64,000 nucleotides of DNA, taken from NCBI GenBank assembly GCA_036562755.1, contig DATCJN010000026.1, positions 3,339-67,338 of the forward strand. The letters are read 5' to 3'. Under the pieces are notes generated by a model. That model was given only the letters and a program-made list of their open reading frames with translations. It did not search any database and had not been told where the DNA came from. Both the position numbers and the translations under genes were made by a program. Origin of the DNA: Clostridia bacterium. GTDB lineage: Bacteria > Bacillota > Clostridia > Christensenellales > DUVY01. Positions 1 through 9,169 of this stretch are shown here, piece after piece; positions within the stretch are counted from its first letter, which is position 1; the number at the start of each line of letters is the position of its first letter.

Positions 1-1138
1 AGCTTACGCCCGACAGGATTGTAAACGCGGGACCGCTTTGAGAGGATTTTGCAACGTTTTGAACGGGGCGTTTGTTGTCGTTGGTAAAGTAATCGGTAAC
101 GATGCCTATAAGCACGCCTACTACCAAGCCCAAGGCCGACGCGCCCCAAATCCGCCATTGAAATTTAAATAAAACGGTGGCGATTGCTGACAAGGCTACG
201 AACAAGCCGGTTGTAATATAGGTGCTTATATTAAGCGCGGTAGTGGGATCTTCTTTCTTGCCCATACGCGCCAGGAATATTCCTATTAAGGAGGATAGCA
301 AACCGATAGACGCAAACGCAAATATCATCATTACATTTTTGGCTTGGTTTAGGCTAGCCGCCATAACCAATGCCGCTGTCATGGAAGCCACGTTGGAGTC
401 AAACAAGTCAGCGCCCATGCCCGCTACGTCGCCTACGTTGTCGCCTACGTTATCGGCTATAACCGCGGGGTTGCGAGGATCGTCTTCGGGAATACCCAAT
501 TCTACCTTGCCGACCAAGTCGGCGCTGATGTCGGCGGTTTTAGTGAAAATACCGCCGCCCGCTTTGGCAAACAACGCCAAGCTGGACGCGCCGAAGCTAA
601 AGCCCAAAAGCAAAGTGGAGTTGCCTGTTGCCATATAAACCAAATATGCAAGTCCTATTCCCAAAAGGCTTGCGCCTACTACCGCCAGTCCCATTACGGC
701 GCCGCCGCGGAAACCGCATAAAAAGCTGGGCTTTATGCCCTTTTGAGCCGCTTCGGCGGTTTTGATGTTGGCAATAGTGGCTATGGCAATTCCGATATAA
801 CCCGCAAGACAGCTAAACGCGTTGCCAAACAAATAAGCCAAAACTACTGTTATATGGTCTAGTATGGTTTCGGATATATTGCCTTGCCATATGGGATGAG
901 GCAAGAAAACAAAGATAAACAAAGAAACGACGCCCGCGAATTTTGCAAGGATAATATATTCCTTTTTCAAAAATGTCATTGCGCCGTTTCTAATGTGTTT
1001 GCCCATTTCGGCAATCGTGGGATTATCCGAGGGCTGCTTTTTTATCCATAAATAAAACCATGTAACAAAAACAAAGGCGAGCAAACTTACGACAATGCCC
1101 GCTACGATGAATAAAATAGTGGTGGTATTCAACAGCAT
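1..1138 (-). CDS. hppA: Membrane-bound H+/Na+-translocating pyrophosphatase, N-terminal ~379 codons (gene runs off the left edge of the window)
   Basis: Absent from the ORF track because it has no stop inside the window. My minus-strand translation from ATG at 1136-1138 gives MLLNTTTILFIVAGIVV..., a polytopic membrane protein. Nt ~424-500 encode ELGIPEDDPRNPAVIADNVGDNVGDVA, the hallmark V-PPase motif. Confidence 0.9.
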   Translation of the reverse strand, partial: MLLNTTTILFIVAGIVVSLLAFVFVTWFYLWIKKQPSDNPTIAEMGKHIRNGAMTFLKKEYIILAKFAGVVSLFIFVFLPHPIWQGNISETILDHITVVLAYLFGNAFSCLAGYIGIAIATIANIKTAEAAQKGIKPSFLCGFRGGAVMGLAVVGASLLGIGLAYLVYMATGNSTLLLGFSFGASSLALFAKAGGGIFTKTADISADLVGKVELGIPEDDPRNPAVIADNVGDNVGDVAGMGADLFDSNVASMTAALVMAASLNQAKNVMMIFAFASIGLLSSLIGIFLARMGKKEDPTTALNISTYITTGLFVALSAIATVLFKFQWRIWGASALGLVVGVLIGIVTDYFTNDNKRPVQNVAKSSQSGPAFTILSGVS

Positions 1139-1291
1139 TTCCCCTTTAGTTTAAAGTTTTTGGGTTGGTAAAATCACCCAAGGCTTATTCTATTACTATA
1201 ATACTATTCTGTCAATGGTGATTTTGCCCAATTAATTAATAATTTTGCCAACAATTCACAAAAATATTGCCCTAATTAACAATAAAAAATA

Positions 1292-1891
1292 CTATATTTT
1301 CTTTATCTTTCTTAAAATCGCGCTGTATCGCTGTTCGTCTTTTACAAGATGCCTTTCGATTTCCACAAAACCGCACTTTCTGTATGTCTTATATAATTCT
1401 TCCTGGTCGTCAAAAACTTCGGCAATATAAACTTTATACGGAGTTTGGGATACGACAAAGTTTATAAGCTCCTCTTCGGCGTTTTCGTCCTTAAATTCTT
1501 CCAAGATCTCTATAGGCTCCAAAAACGCCATATCGTCCTCGTAATGAGATATGGGATAGCTATAATGCTTTACTTTTTCATAACAAAGCTTGCCTTTGCC
1601 GCCTAAATATTTTTTTAACTCTTTGAGATTAAGCGTCATAGCGCGCTTTTTGTTATCGCTTATCCCTAACATGCCTATGGCTTGCTCTTCACCCAGAGCT
1701 ATATAAAAATTATCCAAAGAAAAAGCGTGGCAAAAGGCTTTGATTAAGTTCTCCTTGTTTTTTTGCTTTTTTGCCTCTTTATCCTTTTCCTTAAATAAAA
1801 AACTAAAAAGACCTAAGTTGTTGGTTACAAAAATTTCAGCCATATCCTCTTTTATATCCTCTAATTCCAACGCTCGTTTTACCGTAACCAT
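1292..1891 (-). CDS. Hypothetical cytoplasmic protein, possibly GNAT-fold acyltransferase (weak)
   Basis: 199-aa ORF with only a short shadow ORF opposite. The C-terminal ELYKTYRKCGFVEIER resembles the end of GNAT domains, but I see no clear acetyl-CoA binding motif. Confidence 0.45.
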   Translation of the reverse strand: MVTVKRALELEDIKEDMAEIFVTNNLGLFSFLFKEKDKEAKKQKNKENLIKAFCHAFSLDNFYIALGEEQAIGMLGISDNKKRAMTLNLKELKKYLGGKGKLCYEKVKHYSYPISHYEDDMAFLEPIEILEEFKDENAEEELINFVVSQTPYKVYIAEVFDDQEELYKTYRKCGFVEIERHLVKDEQRYSAILRKIKKI

Positions 1892-1957
1892 TCTCTTTCA
1901 CCTCTAATCTTTTATTAAAATTGTATCACAAATGCCCTCCGCTTGCCAATATTCAAC

Positions 1958-1990
1958 AAAAAAAGCCGCTATATCGCGCGGCCTTTTTTG
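1958..1990 (-). terminator. Putative intrinsic terminator closing the galactan operon
   Basis: GC stem GCCGC (1965-1969) / GCGGC (1978-1982) flanked by an A-run (1958-1964) and a T-run (1984-1989). It lies 44 nt downstream of the stop of the last operon gene. The stem is short. Confidence 0.5.
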
Positions 1991-2033
1991 GAAAGGATGG
2001 GGTATATCTTTATATAAAAGAGAGGGTAGTAAG

Positions 2034-3560
2034 TTATTTTATGTCTTTAAACACTCTTAAACTCGGCAGGGCTTTGCCGTCGTAAGAGAACAGAGCCTGG
2101 TTCGCCCAAGAATTTTTTGTGCCTGCTTCCGCCCAGCCTACGCCTGAAACCGGAATCCAGCAGCCTTCCCAATAGAAAATTCCATATCCTTGAGAAACGG
2201 CGGATAGAGTAGATATTACGTCAACCAATAAATCCGCCTGTCCTTGCGGATTTACCGAATAGCCCGAAACGGGCTTCGCGTTGCCGCTAGGCGAGAAAAT
2301 ATTATTGGCGTTAGGGTGCGAGGCGTATGTGAAGCCGTAAGAAATTTCTACTATAGAGATTAATTTTGTAGGAAATTCCTGCGCCAGCGCCCTTACCGTA
2401 TTGCCCAATTGACTAACAGTTCCATGCCAATACGGATAATATGACAAGCCGATTACGTCATAATCGATACTGTCAAAAGTATGGAAAAATTCTTTTATAA
2501 AGTCCGTTCCGCTCATGCCCTTGGCTAGATGGATTACGGTTAAAATGTCAGAATCATAATCCTTTACCGCGTCGTTGCCCGCTTTTATGTATTTTTTGAG
2601 ATTAACGCTTGCGCCCGAATACGAGCCCCTTATAGCGCTGGACAACGCCGGTTGCGAATTTTCGACTATGTATTCATTCGCGCCCGGGGCGTGAATTATC
2701 ATTCCCGGGGTTATTTCATTGCCTATCTGCACCATGTCGGGTTTGGCGCCCGCTTTGTCCAGGGTTTCGATGGTCTGATAGGTAAAATCATATATGGCCT
2801 GGGCAATTTGATCGGACGTCGTATAATTCAACCACGCCTTAGGAATGACCTGCTTGCTGGGGTCTGCCCAAAAATCGCTGTAATGAAAATCCAATAAGAC
2901 TTTTAGTCCCGCTTTTTTGGCCGATCTTGCTATTTCCAAGATTCTGGGCAAGTCGCAAATGCCGCCGCCATAAGGAATCTTTACCTCTTGGCCGTTTTGC
3001 GTTACAGTCTTATACGGGTCATTCCAAAGCCTTAGGCGGACATAGTTTACCCCGTTGTTTTTTAATATTTGATAAACATTTTGTCTTAAGCCTTCATGGT
3101 TATAAAACTTTCCGCCCTTATCCAAGACTTCGTATAAAGTCGAAATATCTATGCCCAGCGGAAAGTCTTGCCTTAGATTTTGGACTTTATCAATATTAAT
3201 TTCGTTAAACCAGCTTGATTGGTCAAAGGTCGGGGAATAATTATCCTCCTCGACTTCAACGGTAAAACTGCCTCTGCCACCCTTAGAACTTGTCGCCGAA
3301 ACCTGAACGGTCTGTCCCGCAAGCATGCCCTCGACAAAACCGTCTTCTATATAGATAGCGTCCGAATCATAACTAAAACTAACCGTCTCACCCTCTTCTA
3401 AGTTCAACACCCTGATTTGAACTCTTTCTCCCACAGAACAGGTTATCTTGCGTATTATTAAGGTTTTTGCATCTTTTGAGGTATCTTGCGTCGGATCGAC
3501 GCAAGAAACCAAAAAGATTGATATTAGTATCAATAATAAAGCGTTAATTCTTTTTAACAT
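2034..3560 (-). CDS. Secreted lipoprotein arabinogalactan endo-beta-1,4-galactanase (GH53) with N-terminal Ig-like (Big_2-like) domain
   Basis: Lipobox MLKRINALLLILISIFLVSC. GH53 signatures VLLDFHYSDFWADPSKQ, VQIGNEITPG (acid/base) and ISIVEISYGFT (nucleophile region). Confidence 0.85.
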   Translation of the reverse strand: MLKRINALLLILISIFLVSCVDPTQDTSKDAKTLIIRKITCSVGERVQIRVLNLEEGETVSFSYDSDAIYIEDGFVEGMLAGQTVQVSATSSKGGRGSFTVEVEEDNYSPTFDQSSWFNEINIDKVQNLRQDFPLGIDISTLYEVLDKGGKFYNHEGLRQNVYQILKNNGVNYVRLRLWNDPYKTVTQNGQEVKIPYGGGICDLPRILEIARSAKKAGLKVLLDFHYSDFWADPSKQVIPKAWLNYTTSDQIAQAIYDFTYQTIETLDKAGAKPDMVQIGNEITPGMIIHAPGANEYIVENSQPALSSAIRGSYSGASVNLKKYIKAGNDAVKDYDSDILTVIHLAKGMSGTDFIKEFFHTFDSIDYDVIGLSYYPYWHGTVSQLGNTVRALAQEFPTKLISIVEISYGFTYASHPNANNIFSPSGNAKPVSGYSVNPQGQADLLVDVISTLSAVSQGYGIFYWEGCWIPVSGVGWAEAGTKNSWANQALFSYDGKALPSLRVFKDIK

Positions 3561-3562
3561 AA

Positions 3563-5191
3563 TTACGAAGCCTTAACATAGGATATTGAGATGTCGTCAA
3601 TGCAGCCCCAAAGAGTAGAGGAGCTTGTGTTTTCAAATACAAATATCAATACTGCGTCGTTAAGGTCGCTGGCAGGCGTAAATGTCAATGTTTGTTCTAC
3701 GAAACCGCTGCCGCTATTTACTGTGGCGGAGAACAATCCGGACTCGGTATAAGGGTTAACGCCGTCTAAGGTATCAAAAATCTTTGCGGCGCCCGTTATT
3801 CCGCCGTTTAAGTCGGTGTAGAATTTAATCGTGTAATTAAATCCGGCTTTAAAATTCAAACCACTCAAGTAAATGCCTATCTTCTTGCCTTCAGGCAATC
3901 CGCCCGAGCCCAGCTTATACGCCATGTCTCCGCTGCGCTTCCAATCGCCGTCGGCCCACTCTTGCGTTATGCTGTCAGAGCTTTCATAATTCGCAAAACC
4001 TAAAGTATAAACCGACCAATCGTCGCTTTCAAAACCGCCTACTTGGTTAATCGTATCCACGGTTTGTTTGTAAATGCCGCCTAAAACGTCGTCGCTCGAA
4101 GTATCGACAACCGTTACTTTGAAGGTAGCGCTGAATTCCTTGCCATACGCTTTAAACGTAGCGGTAACGATCGCTTCGCCTACCTCGGCAGCTATTACCT
4201 TATTGCCTTCTATTGTAACGGCGGTTGTGTCATCGGGAACGCTAAGCTCAAAGTCTGTAATCTCTTGGCCTTCGGGCAAAGCGGGCAATATAGTATAAAC
4301 ATTTTCGTCAATAGTCTTTTCGGTATTGTTTTCTTCTTCGTTAAGGTCTAGCTCAAAATCGGCGATAGCCATCTTAACAAATTTGTATTTCAAAATGCTT
4401 ATATCGTCTATGAGCATATAGCGCTCGGAAGCGTTGTCGCTGTTTTCATCAGCTTCAAAATGGAAAGATATGGTAACATCGGATCTTGAAGCCACGTCAA
4501 AGTAGCATACATAATGATCCCAACCGTTGTCTTTATGAGTCCAGGTCATTTCGTATTCGACATTGTTAATCGAAACTTCGGTTTTTACATAATATTTGCT
4601 GAAATAAGACAATGTGTAGCTTCCAGCGGGAACCCTTCTTAATAAAGCGGAAAGCGTATATTCGAAAGTAAGGTTGATTTCGTTTTCGCTGTCCCAACCG
4701 CCATAAATCTCTAACGCAAACTCGCCCGATTTAATTTTATCGGATGCGCTTGTGGTCGCCATCTGACCTACGGTGGATTCCGTCCAGCCAAGTTCTTTTA
4801 GCGAAGTGTTTTCAAATTGTCCCATAGTATTAAACTTAGCTATAGGATCCGTAGGATCAGCCGTGACAGTTACCTTAAATGTAGTGGTCAGGTTGCTGGG
4901 AGAAGTGGTAACCTTTACGGTAGCCACGCCTTCCAATAGGCCTGTGACCTTGTCATTGCGTATAGAAATGTATTGACTGCCTTCGATAATCTCAAACTCA
5001 TATTCTTCCGCAGCGTCCTCGGGATCGAATACCACGACGATGTCTTTTACTTCGTCTTCTTGCAAAGTGATATCCGCTACGCTAACAGTTACCTTGGGTT
5101 TGCCAGGGTCCTTTTTAGGACATGCGCTTAAAGAGAATGCCAGCGCAACAGCAATTAAAACTGTCAAAAGATTCTTAAATGTTTTTTTCAT
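3563..5191 (-). CDS. Cell-surface lipoprotein with two Ig-like (Big_2-like) modules, each followed by a beta-sandwich, carbohydrate-binding-like module
   Basis: Lipobox MKKTFKNLLTVLIAVALAFSLSAC and RBS AAGGAGGG upstream. Repeated architecture: KVTVSVADITL...TFKVTVTA and TILPALPEG...TFKVTVVD, each followed by a ~170-aa Trp/Gly/Tyr-rich segment. No catalytic motif recognised. Confidence 0.6.
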   Translation of the reverse strand: MKKTFKNLLTVLIAVALAFSLSACPKKDPGKPKVTVSVADITLQEDEVKDIVVVFDPEDAAEEYEFEIIEGSQYISIRNDKVTGLLEGVATVKVTTSPSNLTTTFKVTVTADPTDPIAKFNTMGQFENTSLKELGWTESTVGQMATTSASDKIKSGEFALEIYGGWDSENEINLTFEYTLSALLRRVPAGSYTLSYFSKYYVKTEVSINNVEYEMTWTHKDNGWDHYVCYFDVASRSDVTISFHFEADENSDNASERYMLIDDISILKYKFVKMAIADFELDLNEEENNTEKTIDENVYTILPALPEGQEITDFELSVPDDTTAVTIEGNKVIAAEVGEAIVTATFKAYGKEFSATFKVTVVDTSSDDVLGGIYKQTVDTINQVGGFESDDWSVYTLGFANYESSDSITQEWADGDWKRSGDMAYKLGSGGLPEGKKIGIYLSGLNFKAGFNYTIKFYTDLNGGITGAAKIFDTLDGVNPYTESGLFSATVNSGSGFVEQTLTFTPASDLNDAVLIFVFENTSSSTLWGCIDDISISYVKAS

Positions 5192-5217
5192 TTTTCCCTC
5201 CTTATAAAATGTCCAAT

Positions 5218-6111
5218 TTATCCTTTAACCGCTCCCGCCGAAATACCTTCGACCATAAATCTTTGAAGAGACAGGTAAATCAAGACAATGGGAACGGCAA
5301 TAATAACGCAGCCCGAAGTAAATATAGTAAAGTAATCGGCAATACGGGTTGATTCGGTCAAATCATATAAACCTACGGGCACAGTCCAACTCTGCCTTGA
5401 CGAATCCGCGCCAAGGATTATCCGAGCCAATACATAATCAGCCCAAGGCGTCATAAACGCCATCAGCGCGGTGTATATGATTATGGGTTTAGACAGCGGC
5501 AAGATTATCTTGAAAAATATATTCATCTGGCTGGCCCCGTCCAGCAACGCCGCTTCGTCTAACGATATCGAAATTGTGTCAAAATATCCTTTGGACACAA
5601 AAAATCCCAATCCCGCGCCCGAAGCGTAAATCAGCAATAGTGTCCAGGTGTTTCCAAGCAGCAGCGGCTCGCCATGAGAGTTAGTAAACATGCCTAAGAT
5701 AATATAAATCGCGGTCATTGCCATAAAGCCCGGGAACATTCCTAAAACCAAGGCTATGTTCATAAAGGGCTTTCTCATCTTAAAGCGAAAACGCGATATA
5801 GAATAAGCCACGCACAAGGTTATAAAGGTGGTTATAACCATATTGCAAAGCGAGATTTTTAAGGTGTTAAACAGCCACTTTTTGAAAAGTAAAATTCTGC
5901 CTTCTTTGAACAAGTTGACATAGTTGTTTACAGTCCAAACTTGCGGGAAAAAGGTTTGGCTTATAAGCCCCGTATTCTCGCCTCTAAACGACGTGGTAAT
6001 CGTCCAAATAATCGGGATAACCCAAATAACAGATAAAGCAATCAGTACGGCGTAAGCGGCGACGCCTTCCAATATGTATTTGCGCCTTGCGCTCCTAAAA
6101 TCCTTAGCCAT
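5218..6111 (-). CDS. Carbohydrate ABC transporter permease (MalG/GanQ type)
   Basis: Six predicted TM segments. EAA loop DEAALLDGASQMNIFFKIILPLSKP. Its start overlaps the stop of the upstream permease gene. Confidence 0.9.
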   Translation of the reverse strand: MAKDFRSARRKYILEGVAAYAVLIALSVIWVIPIIWTITTSFRGENTGLISQTFFPQVWTVNNYVNLFKEGRILLFKKWLFNTLKISLCNMVITTFITLCVAYSISRFRFKMRKPFMNIALVLGMFPGFMAMTAIYIILGMFTNSHGEPLLLGNTWTLLLIYASGAGLGFFVSKGYFDTISISLDEAALLDGASQMNIFFKIILPLSKPIIIYTALMAFMTPWADYVLARIILGADSSRQSWTVPVGLYDLTESTRIADYFTIFTSGCVIIAVPIVLIYLSLQRFMVEGISAGAVKG

Positions 6112-7895
6112 TACGCAAAATCCTCCTCTCTTTGATAAGAAGACGACCTGCGATAGATGATAATGGAAAGGCTTGCCGAGATAATAAACATTATCAAACC
6201 TATCGCCGAACCGATATTGTATTTGGGATTATCCATCATAGTGAGTTTAAACAGCCAAGTTATTAAAATATCCGTGCCTCCGGCGACTCCTCCTGTTCCC
6301 GCGCCTTCGGGCCCGCCGCCCGTCAAGAGCCAGATTACGTTAAAGTTGTTTATATTGCTTACAAAATTGGCTATCAAAAGCGGGCCGGTCATAAACATAA
6401 TATACGGCAAGGTTATATACCTAAACTGCTGAAGTTTAGACGCTCCGTCGATGCGGGAATACTCGTATAAGTCTTTGGGAATGTTTATCAACAGCCCTGT
6501 CATCAAAATCATAAAATACGGTATTCCCACCCACATATTGATGAGAATTATCAAGGTCTTGGCTATTGCGATGTCGTTCCAAAAGTTTATCCTTTCCTTA
6601 ATCCAGCCCCATTTTAACAGCAGCGTGTTAATAGGGCCGTAATTATGGAACATCGCGTACATTATTCTTAATGTAACCAGTTGCGGTATGGCTATGGTGA
6701 GCAAGAACAGCGAACGGAAAAATATCTTGCCTTTTATCTGCTTTTTATTTATCAATATCGCCAAAAACAGTCCGCCAAAGTAGCAAGTAAACGTCGCAAA
6801 AAACGCCCAAACAAAAGTCCAAGAAACCACGTTGGTCAGGGCCTTAAAATATTCGCCCATATCGAACAGCCTTCTAAACGAATCAAAGCCCGTCCATTTC
6901 AGCCAAGTGTCGTTGACCAGCGAAGGCACCGTGCCGATTTGGAACGCGTAATCCGTAAAGGCGATAAGAATCATGAACAACAGCGGCAAAATGGTAAATG
7001 CAATTACCCCGATTATAGGCAAGGTCAAAAGCGTGGCATAAAACTTCTTGCCCTTTAGCGCCTTTATGTCGTCCTTTAGTCTAATAGGTATATTATTTAA
7101 AATCTTTTGAGCGCCCAAAAAAGCGCCTTTTATATTTTTGGCGTATAGCGCGCAAAACGCCAAAATCATAACAATGCATATCAGCCCGTAAATTATGCTG
7201 TAATCAGACCTAATGCCCGGCGTATGTAAAGTGAACAAACCTATAAAGTCGATAACGCCTATGGTCGCCATATAATAGATAAAGAACGCGAAAGCGGCTA
7301 AGAATAATAATCCTTTAACGATTTGACGCTGTAAAAGATGTCCCGAACCCATAATAAAGAAAGGCAGGACCATGGACGCCTTTATCTTTTTGGGCGAATC
7401 ATGGAAAACTTGGGCGTATTCGCGGAAAAATTTATTTAAGCTTTTTGCGCGGTTTATGAAAAAGTCTAAGAGATAATTTTTGGGCGCGTTTTGGTAATTC
7501 TTTAGATACTGAATATTTGAGCCAATAGACCTCAAATAAGCATATATAAAAATAAGCGTCAGGGCTATCATAAATATATTAGCCCAGACGGTTAGGGCTT
7601 TGGAGGGCATAATGCTCCTGCCCGTTATCTCGCCTATACCGAATTTTAACCAAATTAAGATAAATACGGCTTCAAACGCGGCCAGTAATATGCCTTTTTC
7701 AACGAATCCAAGCAAAATATCTCCAAGCCCCATAAAGATAACGCTTAATATCAATGCGGCTTTTTCTCTGGGACTGGAGTTTTTAAAAACCGATTTATAA
7801 TCCTTTAACGGCGATATAATTTTTATGAAAAACGACTGGACTCTATATACCGTCCTTTCAAAAAAATTCATCGCCATAAAGCCCTTTGGTTCCAT
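6111..7895 (-). CDS. Carbohydrate ABC transporter permease (MalF/GanP type) with ~290-aa N-terminal polytopic extension
   Basis: The C-terminal ~300 aa are a typical MalF-type core (YSRIDGASKLQQFRYITLPYIM EAA loop). The N-terminal part carries an internally duplicated TM module (see findings). Confidence 0.85.
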   Translation of the reverse strand: MEPKGFMAMNFFERTVYRVQSFFIKIISPLKDYKSVFKNSSPREKAALILSVIFMGLGDILLGFVEKGILLAAFEAVFILIWLKFGIGEITGRSIMPSKALTVWANIFMIALTLIFIYAYLRSIGSNIQYLKNYQNAPKNYLLDFFINRAKSLNKFFREYAQVFHDSPKKIKASMVLPFFIMGSGHLLQRQIVKGLLFLAAFAFFIYYMATIGVIDFIGLFTLHTPGIRSDYSIIYGLICIVMILAFCALYAKNIKGAFLGAQKILNNIPIRLKDDIKALKGKKFYATLLTLPIIGVIAFTILPLLFMILIAFTDYAFQIGTVPSLVNDTWLKWTGFDSFRRLFDMGEYFKALTNVVSWTFVWAFFATFTCYFGGLFLAILINKKQIKGKIFFRSLFLLTIAIPQLVTLRIMYAMFHNYGPINTLLLKWGWIKERINFWNDIAIAKTLIILINMWVGIPYFMILMTGLLINIPKDLYEYSRIDGASKLQQFRYITLPYIMFMTGPLLIANFVSNINNFNVIWLLTGGGPEGAGTGGVAGGTDILITWLFKLTMMDNPKYNIGSAIGLIMFIISASLSIIIYRRSSSYQREEDFA

Positions 7896-7913
7896 TCTGC
7901 GCCCCCAAAAGTA

Positions 7914-9155
7914 TTAAGAAATTTGGTTCTTTATAGTCGTGGTAGCGGTATTTAAGATCTGGGATATTTTTTCCTTAGTCAATTCGCTTGAAGACAAATT
8001 CCAAATCTCCGTCAGCGCGTCTTGCATGGGCGCCCAGTAGTTGCCCATCGCCAATATGTTAGGCATGGTCAACGAATTTTCCAAAGATTCCTGCATAACA
8101 AGCGCCGCGGCGTATTTGTTTTGGGTATCGTTTTGCAATGCCTGGTCAAATCTTGTAGTGTCTTTAACGGTAGGCAAGAGTTGATTATTGACAAACCTGT
8201 AATATTGATTTTCCGCGTTAGTCAAGAAAGCGGCAAAAGCGTGCGCCAAATGCGGATACTTAGTATAAGAGCTTACGCCATAACCCTTATAACCCGAAAA
8301 AGGCCTGAGGGTTTGACCGTCTATGGTAGGCAAAACAGCCACAGCGGCGTTAGCGCCCAAAGCCTTTTTAACCGTGGCCCATAAGAAAGGCGAGCTTACT
8401 ATGCCCACTACTTCGCCGCTTTGAAGCAAGGATACCGCTTCCTCGGGCTCTACGTCCACCAGGCAATTTTTATATTTGCTTACCAGGTTATACAAATTAT
8501 CCGCGGCTTGCGATGTATCCAATTTTAATTGGGTTTTGTCTTTGCCGTTTTGTCCGAACAAATTGACGTCCGTCAAAAACGCGAACATATAATAAGCGTC
8601 AGATGTGGTCTTCCAAGCAAGCTTTTTGCCCGAATTCTTTAGGTTTTCAAAAGAAGCCAACTCCTGCTCGGTTACCTTGGTCTTGTCATACATAACGGTT
8701 ATAGACTCGGCGGTAATCGGATAAGCGTATAACTTATTGTCCAAAGTAAAAGCCGAAATGCTGTCGTCGTTGTGGATGGCTTTTAATTCGTTGGGATATA
8801 AAACTTCGGCGATATCGCCGGCTGTTACCGCTTTGCCGAGGTTGTCGTGCACAAACGCGAACACGTCCGCAGCGTTGCCCGATTGACCGTGAAGGTTAAC
8901 ATTTTCTACGGCCGTCCGCTCGGACTGCGGCTCAAAGATTATTTTTAAAGTAGGCGCTTTGGGATATTTTCGCGCGTAATCTGCTATAAACTCATCCGCT
9001 AAAGGTTCGAGCATATCAATATTGTTTTCGTCTTCCCATACCTTTAAAGTTATGACATTGGAAGAACCTGAGTTGCGGTTAGGGCAGCCGTAAGCTCCTA
9101 CGGCCATTGCCACTACTAATAGCGCGACTAATAAAAATTTCGCCTTTTTCATCAT
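7914..9155 (-). CDS. Lipoprotein sugar ABC substrate-binding protein (maltodextrin/galacto-oligosaccharide CycB/GanS-like)
   Basis: Family-1 SBP-like sequence with lipobox VAMAVGAYGC. The track start at 9173 is a TTG. GGGAGG at 9160-9165 precedes ATGATG at 9150-9155, so I place the start at 9155 (or 9152). Confidence 0.85.
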   Translation of the reverse strand: MMKKAKFLLVALLVVAMAVGAYGCPNRNSGSSNVITLKVWEDENNIDMLEPLADEFIADYARKYPKAPTLKIIFEPQSERTAVENVNLHGQSGNAADVFAFVHDNLGKAVTAGDIAEVLYPNELKAIHNDDSISAFTLDNKLYAYPITAESITVMYDKTKVTEQELASFENLKNSGKKLAWKTTSDAYYMFAFLTDVNLFGQNGKDKTQLKLDTSQAADNLYNLVSKYKNCLVDVEPEEAVSLLQSGEVVGIVSSPFLWATVKKALGANAAVAVLPTIDGQTLRPFSGYKGYGVSSYTKYPHLAHAFAAFLTNAENQYYRFVNNQLLPTVKDTTRFDQALQNDTQNKYAAALVMQESLENSLTMPNILAMGNYWAPMQDALTEIWNLSSSELTKEKISQILNTATTTIKNQIS

Positions 9156-9169
9156 TTTTCCTCCCAAAT

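Noticed and set aside
222-638. 138-aa plus-strand ORF from the track
   Set aside because: It lies entirely antisense to the clearly real hppA gene (V-PPase motif on the minus strand). Its product is low-complexity and Ala/Ser/Pro-rich. It is a shadow ORF.
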